From the NCBI GenBank assembly GCA_041650615.1, contig JBAZKU010000001.1, forward strand, positions 524,854 to 588,853: a stretch of 64,000 nucleotides of DNA, written 5' to 3'. The notes beneath the pieces were generated by a model that was not told the origin of the DNA, did not search any database, and worked only from the letters and a program-made list of their open reading frames with translations. Of this stretch, positions 58,535-64,000 are shown piece by piece. How positions within the stretch are numbered: position 1 is the stretch's first letter; the number at the start of each line of letters is the position of its first letter. This DNA comes from Minisyncoccota bacterium (GTDB taxonomy: Bacteria > Patescibacteriota > Minisyncoccia > Phycocordibacterales > UBA9973). The position numbers were made by a program, and so were the translations under genes.

Positions 58535-59647
58535 TTATAAATTATCATCATTAATTACATCTCGTAATTTGGAAATATATTTATCCATAGAAAAACATTT
58601 TTTTATCCTCTCTCGACCAGCTAAGCCCATTTTTTTTGCCAAACTTTTATTCTCAATTAATTTAATCATAGCATTAGCCATCATTGTGGTATCGTATTCA
58701 TCTACAAGCATACCCGTCTCATTATTTATTATTACATCTGGTATACCTCCATGATAAGTTGCTATAACTGGTAGTGCTGCCGCCGAAGCTTCTAATATTG
58801 CTACGGGTGTACCCTCACTATCGCCCGATTCTGCTATTATTGAGTGTTGCACAAAAGCTAACGAATTTTGCATATATTTTAATACTTCTTTTGGTTTTAA
58901 TATACCAGGGAAGATGATATTATTTTCTTTTTTTTGAGTCTTCACTATATTTTTACATGTATTTAACAATTCTCCATTTCCGCCAATTATTAATTTTGCC
59001 TCTGGGTATTTTTCTAATACCTGTATAAATGCCATAATAGTAAGATAAGGGGCTTTTTTATTTACAAAACGTCCAACACTAAAAAAAATATTATTATTAA
59101 AATCTGGACGATTGTTTAAAAAGGCATTACTTGGGCCATAACAATTTAATATTAATTTATTATTTGGGCAACCCAAACTTAATATTTTTTCTTGCATTTT
59201 TTTTGATACAACAAATATCGCTTTTGCTTTGTAAAAAAGCTCTTTGTATTTTTTAGAATAGTGTTCTAATACTAATTTTTCACTAGCATCAAATCCATGA
59301 AAATGAACAAACAAAGGAATATTCGCTTTTTCACACACAGGAAGCATCGCACACCCTCCTGGTCCATATTGTGCAAGCACTGCTTCAATTTTATTATTTT
59401 TTAATATTTTTACTAATGCTTTTTCTTGTGAAAATATGTTAAATTTCAAAATAGGTCTAAAAAAATTATTAATATGTCTTTTGTATTTATTTACAATTTC
59501 TTTACTATTAATCATATTAGGAAGCCAATCTGAATGAAGTACAATAGACGCTGGTAGAAGATCGACTTGTGCTTTTATAAATGTCTCAGAATAAGCATTA
59601 GGACTTAGCCAAGTAATGGCAATTTTTTTATTTTTTTGTGTTTTCAT
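58535..59647 (-). CDS. Glycosyltransferase family 4
   Basis: ESGDSEGTPVAILEASAAALPVIATYHGG. Confidence 0.8.
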   Translation of the reverse strand: MKTQKNKKIAITWLSPNAYSETFIKAQVDLLPASIVLHSDWLPNMINSKEIVNKYKRHINNFFRPILKFNIFSQEKALVKILKNNKIEAVLAQYGPGGCAMLPVCEKANIPLFVHFHGFDASEKLVLEHYSKKYKELFYKAKAIFVVSKKMQEKILSLGCPNNKLILNCYGPSNAFLNNRPDFNNNIFFSVGRFVNKKAPYLTIMAFIQVLEKYPEAKLIIGGNGELLNTCKNIVKTQKKENNIIFPGILKPKEVLKYMQNSLAFVQHSIIAESGDSEGTPVAILEASAAALPVIATYHGGIPDVIINNETGMLVDEYDTTMMANAMIKLIENKSLAKKMGLAGRERIKKCFSMDKYISKLRDVINDDNL

Positions 59648-59668
59648 ATTTTTATTATTAATATTTAT

Positions 59669-60919
59669 CTATTCTACTTGAAATAAGATATTTCCCCAGT
59701 CTTTGTTCCATTTTGATGTTTGTTCATTTTCATTAGAAATTTCAAAGTAAAGGCATTCATAAATAATATCGAATTCTTTGTTTCCTGTTACATAGTCACC
59801 TTTACCAATAGAAAGATTAAAATAATATTGACCAGGGGCCAAATTGTGATTTTTTAATATAAAACTAATAACACCTTCTTTGTTTGCTGTAAACTTTTTA
59901 TTATCAAAAAAAATTCCTACCCGTTTATTTTCAATAGTAGATATAGACCCAGAAACTCGACAATCTTTTGTTGAATAATTTGATTTATATTTTATCCATA
60001 TTTCCAGTGATTGATTTGTGTTGTAGGTATTATTTTTTTTAATATTTTTAAAACCGACGGATATTATTTCTATGTTATCATTTGGAAATTTTCGATGTTT
60101 TTGTACTATTTTTATTTCTGGTTCATTTGTATTTTTCCCCTTATTAATTACATATTGATTAATAACATTCTCTATATCTCCTGTATAGGTAATCGTTCCT
60201 TCTTTTAATAGAATTCCCCTTTTGCATAGTTGTTTAATTACATCCATATTATGACTTACGAAAAGAATAGTTCTACCTTCGTTTTTTGTTATATCATTCA
60301 TCTTCCCCAGACATTTCTTTTGAAATTCGGAATCGCCAACGGCAAGCACTTCATCAATTATTAGAATATCCGTATCCATATGGGCTGCCACGGAAAAGGC
60401 GAGACGGACATACATCCCGCTTGAATAAAACTTAACCGGTGTATCCAGGAATTTTTCTATATCGGCAAATTTTACTATTTCTTCAAACTTTCTGACAATA
60501 TCTTTTCTTTTCATCCCTAAAATAGCTCCATTTAAGAAAATATTTTCCCGGCCGGTAAGTTCCGGATGGAATCCGGTTCCTACTTCCAGCAAACTGCCCA
60601 CGGTTCCGTTTATTTTAATTTCTCCGGTAGTTGGCGGAGTAATTTGTGAAAGTATTTTTAACAGGGTAGATTTTCCGGCGCCATTGCGCCCAATAATTCC
60701 AATAACTTCTCCTTTCTCCACTGTGAAGTTTATATCTTTTAATGCCCAAAAAACTTCTTTTGTTTCCATTCCGATAATCTGTTTTGTTTTTGTTTTCAAA
60801 AAAGCGAATGGACTTTTAAAAATATTGGTTATGACATCCCGAAGAGTCACATATCCGCCCATTTCATGATTAATCTTATATTTTTTCCCTATTCCTTCTA
60901 TCTCTATAATTGGTTTCAT
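59669..60919 (-). CDS. wzt: Polysaccharide ABC exporter ATP-binding protein (Wzt/TagH type) with C-terminal carbohydrate-binding extension
   Basis: Walker A GIIGRNGAGKSTLLKIL, signature YSSGMYVRLAF, Walker B ILIIDE. A C-terminal beta-rich domain of about 150 aa follows. Confidence 0.85.
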   Translation of the reverse strand: MKPIIEIEGIGKKYKINHEMGGYVTLRDVITNIFKSPFAFLKTKTKQIIGMETKEVFWALKDINFTVEKGEVIGIIGRNGAGKSTLLKILSQITPPTTGEIKINGTVGSLLEVGTGFHPELTGRENIFLNGAILGMKRKDIVRKFEEIVKFADIEKFLDTPVKFYSSGMYVRLAFSVAAHMDTDILIIDEVLAVGDSEFQKKCLGKMNDITKNEGRTILFVSHNMDVIKQLCKRGILLKEGTITYTGDIENVINQYVINKGKNTNEPEIKIVQKHRKFPNDNIEIISVGFKNIKKNNTYNTNQSLEIWIKYKSNYSTKDCRVSGSISTIENKRVGIFFDNKKFTANKEGVISFILKNHNLAPGQYYFNLSIGKGDYVTGNKEFDIIYECLYFEISNENEQTSKWNKDWGNILFQVE

Positions 60920-60934
60920 ATTGGTATGTTTATC

Positions 60935-61762
60935 TTAAATAATATCCGCGAAATAACGTTCGGTTTTCTTAAACGCATAAATTCCTAACAACATTAAAAC
61001 AAAAGTAGCTACAAGAGAAATAGCAATAAGCAACCAATTTAATACCGTAGTTCCCAAAAGAGCGGCTCGAGCGCTTTGAATTACACCCATCATTGGGTTT
61101 AGAGCCAAAATCCAAGAATATTTGCCTACGATTCCAGCTGGATAAATAACAGGAGTAATAAACATTAATATTTGTATAAAAAATGGCAAAATATAACGCA
61201 CATCCCTGTATTTTACGTTGATTGAAGCAAGAAATAATCCGAGTCCAATGGATGCCATGAAAGTAATAATTAGAAGCAGGGGAATTATCAATAAACCTAT
61301 TAGGTGTGGCGCATAGCCATAGTAAATTATCATACCTACAAGAATAACTGAAGCGATAGCGAAATCTACGAACTTTGTCATTACTGAAGATAGAGGCAAT
61401 AGAAGTCGAGGAAAATAAACTTTAGTAATTATTGCTTGATTTACAATTAAAACGTTGCTGGTATCGGAAAGCGCTCCCGAAAAAAATTGCCAAAAAAGTA
61501 ATCCTGTATATACGAAAATAGGATAGGGAACACCATCAGAAGGTATTTTAAGCAATCCTCCAAAAAACACAGTAAAAACAATCATGGTGATAAAGGGTTG
61601 AAATACCGCCCAAAGAACTCCGATGGCAGTTTGTTTATAACGAACTTTCAAATCACGCCAGGTGAAAAAATACAAGAGTTCCCTATATTCCCAAATTTCT
61701 TTTAGGTCAGAAAAACTGAAGAATTTTTTTGGTTTTATGATAATGTTATGCGTGTTGCTCAT
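60935..61762 (-). CDS. wzm: ABC-2 type polysaccharide exporter permease (Wzm)
   Basis: Six transmembrane segments; 275 aa. Sits upstream of and adjacent to wzt. Confidence 0.8.
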   Translation of the reverse strand: MSNTHNIIIKPKKFFSFSDLKEIWEYRELLYFFTWRDLKVRYKQTAIGVLWAVFQPFITMIVFTVFFGGLLKIPSDGVPYPIFVYTGLLFWQFFSGALSDTSNVLIVNQAIITKVYFPRLLLPLSSVMTKFVDFAIASVILVGMIIYYGYAPHLIGLLIIPLLLIITFMASIGLGLFLASINVKYRDVRYILPFFIQILMFITPVIYPAGIVGKYSWILALNPMMGVIQSARAALLGTTVLNWLLIAISLVATFVLMLLGIYAFKKTERYFADII

Positions 61763-61767
61763 AATAT

Positions 61768-63087
61768 TTAATATGTAAAAATAATTTGGATTGTTCTTAT
61801 TATAATACCAAAATCAAGAAGGATATTTCTATTTTTAATATAAAATAAATCATACTCAAATTTTTCTTTTGAATCCATCACGCTTCTGGCATACCTGAAC
61901 ATTATTTGCGCCCAACCGGTTAATCCAGGCCTTATCATTTGCCTGAACAAATAATGAGGTATCTCTTTTTCCAAAATTTGAACGAATTCTGGTCTTTCTG
62001 GCCGCGGACCTACAAAAGAGATATCGCCCTTTAGAATATTAAAAAGTTGAGGCAATTCGTCTATATGAGTATTGCGTAGAAATTGCCCGGTGGCGGTAGT
62101 TCTAGGGTCATTTTTACTGCACCATTGGGCTCCATTTTTTTCGGCATCTATAAACATCGTTCTAAACTTGTATAGAATAAATTTTTTATTATTTTTGCCA
62201 ATACGGGTTTGTTTGTAAACTGCCGGACCTTTAGAACTGATTTTTATCAAAAAGACAACTACTAAAAGTAATGGCGAAAGCGCAATAATCCCAATAATTG
62301 CCAATAATTTGTCTATAATATTTTTTATATTGTCGTTGATATAATTTTTAGATTTTATTTCGTTTATAAACCACTCTTCTTTTATTTCATCCAATGGTAT
62401 TCGCAATAATAATTTCTCGTAAAAATCTGTCAGGGATATTATTTCAATATTTTTTGACACTAAATTATATGATTTTTTTAAAATTGTCGGGTCAGCAAAA
62501 GACTTATTATCAACAACTATCGTGGTGTACTCATTATAATTAATAGTATTTCCAACCAATTCCTCTTTACTGCATTTTCTTATTGAATAACCCAACTGAG
62601 GATGTTTTTCAATATGCTCAATTATAGAGTCGTTTAAAATCGAGGAAGATATTAAGAGTACTTTGTGATTATTGTATTTTTGTTTTAGAAACCAAGAGAA
62701 AAAATGCCTCCATAAATAATCAATAATTGTAAATACCGCTATAAAGATAAATAAATTTGTTTTTGGAGTTATGGAAAAAAAAGATCCGAAAATGTAAAAA
62801 ATACCGAGAGATAAGACAACGTTTATTAAAGCGCTAATTAAAAGCTTTTTTTTGTTTTCAATGGTTGAATTTATATTTGTGTACGAATATAAATCGATAA
62901 TATAAAAGGTCATTAGCCAAATTAACAGCAAAATCGTAAAAGGCAACAGGTGCATTTGAAATTTTTCCAATGTCTTTTCTCCGCCGTACCTTATTACCAG
63001 CATTATAAATAACGAAAGATAAAAGCCCAAAATATCTCCGAGCAACACCAAATGTATCTTGTGTTTGTTTATTATTTCCTTAAGCAT
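61768..63087 (-). CDS. Polyprenyl-phosphate hexose-1-phosphate transferase (WbaP/bacterial sugar transferase; priming glycosyltransferase)
   Basis: C-terminal YKFRTM...DELPQLFNILKGDISFVGPRPERPEF. Confidence 0.88.
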   Translation of the reverse strand: MLKEIINKHKIHLVLLGDILGFYLSLFIMLVIRYGGEKTLEKFQMHLLPFTILLLIWLMTFYIIDLYSYTNINSTIENKKKLLISALINVVLSLGIFYIFGSFFSITPKTNLFIFIAVFTIIDYLWRHFFSWFLKQKYNNHKVLLISSSILNDSIIEHIEKHPQLGYSIRKCSKEELVGNTINYNEYTTIVVDNKSFADPTILKKSYNLVSKNIEIISLTDFYEKLLLRIPLDEIKEEWFINEIKSKNYINDNIKNIIDKLLAIIGIIALSPLLLVVVFLIKISSKGPAVYKQTRIGKNNKKFILYKFRTMFIDAEKNGAQWCSKNDPRTTATGQFLRNTHIDELPQLFNILKGDISFVGPRPERPEFVQILEKEIPHYLFRQMIRPGLTGWAQIMFRYARSVMDSKEKFEYDLFYIKNRNILLDFGIIIRTIQIIFTY

Positions 63088-63167
63088 TTACTCCACATAA
63101 TATCTAATTTTTACCAATTAGTAAAGCTTGATTTACTCTGCGAGAGATAGTCCTTCGTAAACCTTAA

Positions 63168-63301
63168 CTTCCCCGGACACCTGGTGTCCGGGAAAGTTTT
63201 CCACATTTCCCCTTTTTATTATTTTATGAGATAATGGTTAAATTATATTTTATAATTTAACTTAGGTATCCATTTCCCCCAGACTAGGTTTGGGGGAAAT
63301 G
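63168..63301. repeat. Two GC-rich REP-like hairpins immediately upstream of the tyrosine transposase
   Basis: CTTCCCCGGACACCTGGTGTCCGGGAAAG (63168-63196) and CATTTCCCCCA-GACTAGGT-TGGGGGAAATG (63272-63301). Direct repeat CCA(CA)TTTCCCC at 63202 and 63270. Confidence 0.55.
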
Positions 63302-63314
63302 TTTTGTTAAACAA

Positions 63315-63995
63315 ATGGCGTATAGAAAAACCCCTCTTGTATTTGGAGAATATTTTCATGTTTACAACAGAGGTAATAGTAAACAAGAAATTTTTCTTGA
63401 TGATAATGACAAAAATCGTTTTGTGAAATTATTATATCTATCTAACTCAAAAAATGGGGTTAGTTTTCGTGACGATATTGTAGATAAAAAGATTGATGCT
63501 TGGGATTTTGAAAGGGGAGAACCCCTTGTATCTATTAGCGCATGGGTTTTAATGCCTAACCACTTTCATATTTATATGACTTCTTCCCCTAAGTCGGACT
63601 TAGGGGAAAACAAAAATAATATTTCTGAATTTATGAGAAAATTATTGACTGCTTATACAAAATATTTTAATACAAAACATAAAAGAGTAGGTAGTTTATA
63701 TGAAGGAAAATTTAAATCCATTCATATTGAAAATGACAATCAGGCAAAGTATCTTTTTTCCTATATACATCTTAACCCCATAAAACTTATTGATTCTAGT
63801 TGGAAAGAAAATGGAATTAGTAATACAAATTTAGCTTTAAAATATTTAAATACGTATAAATGGAGTAGTTATAACGATCATCGTGGAATTTTAAGAAAAG
63901 AAAGTAAAATTTTACAATTAAGTGATTTTCCAAATTATTTTTCTAACATTAAAGACTTTGATTCAGAAATTTTTTCTTGGTTGCAATATAAATAA
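63315..63995 (+). mobile_element. IS200/IS605-like Y1 (HUH) tyrosine transposase, REP-associated (RayT-like)
   Basis: HUH motif WVLMPNHFHIYM, catalytic-Tyr region FSYIHLNPIKL, N-terminal YFHVYNRGNSKQEIFLDDNDKNRFVKLL. Flanked upstream by REP-like hairpins. Confidence 0.75.
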
Positions 63996-64000
63996 TTTCC

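Noticed and set aside
1-64000. CRISPR arrays, rRNA genes, tRNA genes
   Set aside because: No regularly spaced direct repeats, no rRNA-like conserved blocks, and no convincing tRNA cloverleaf found in any intergenic region inspected.
1-64000. Alternative genetic code (UGA recoding as in some CPR lineages)
   Set aside because: Long uninterrupted ORFs with sensible domain order are obtained with the standard code, and genes end at TAA/TAG/TGA consistently. There is no evidence for reassignment.

Overview
This window is an AT-rich (roughly one-third GC by eye), tightly packed bacterial genome segment with about 58 genes, mostly short and co-directional. The gene content suggests a streamlined, Patescibacteria/CPR-like bacterium: type IV pilus genes, a split ComEC, O-antigen-ligase-like TPR membrane proteins and a sparse metabolism. 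This taxonomic placement is an inference, not proven.

Layout from left to right:
- **1-4.6 kb:** two paralogous Ser/Thr/Cys-rich secreted surface proteins.
- **4.6-11.8 kb:** a type IV pilus / type II secretion-like module. It has PilB and PilC, then a convergent minus-strand operon of two prepilin-type pilins, a protein with a PilX-like N-terminus and a protein with carboxypeptidase-regulatory-like domains.
- **11.8-42 kb:** a housekeeping block. It holds tpiA-pgk, a HIT protein, recJ, rnhA, comEC split around an antisense Fe/Mn superoxide dismutase, glyA, tmk, a MazG-like protein, argS and ileS. The ileS carries an inserted histidine-phosphatase domain. The block continues with a HAD hydrolase, recO, a surface protein with DUF11-like repeats, glyRS, an M16 peptidase, an AI-2E transporter, metG, tatD, rpsF-ssb-rpsR, efp, recA and ftsK.
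- **42-43.7 kb:** a hypothetical protein with a C-terminal winged helix, then an unusually long (about 690 bp) non-coding region containing a 29-bp-stem inverted-repeat element.
- **43.7-63 kb:** a cell-surface glycan locus. It has a surface protein with a peptidoglycan-binding domain, two O-antigen-ligase-like TPR membrane proteins, a three-enzyme UDP-6-deoxy-L-HexNAc module, five glycosyltransferases, a Wzm/Wzt ABC exporter and a WbaP-like priming transferase.
- **63-64 kb:** two GC-rich REP-like hairpins and an IS200-like (REP-associated) tyrosine transposase.

A recurring feature is an extended -10 box (TGnTAnnnT) sitting 6-9 nt upstream of many start codons, which implies largely leaderless mRNAs. 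No CRISPR array, rRNA or convincing tRNA was found. All functional calls come from motif recognition by eye; no searches were run.
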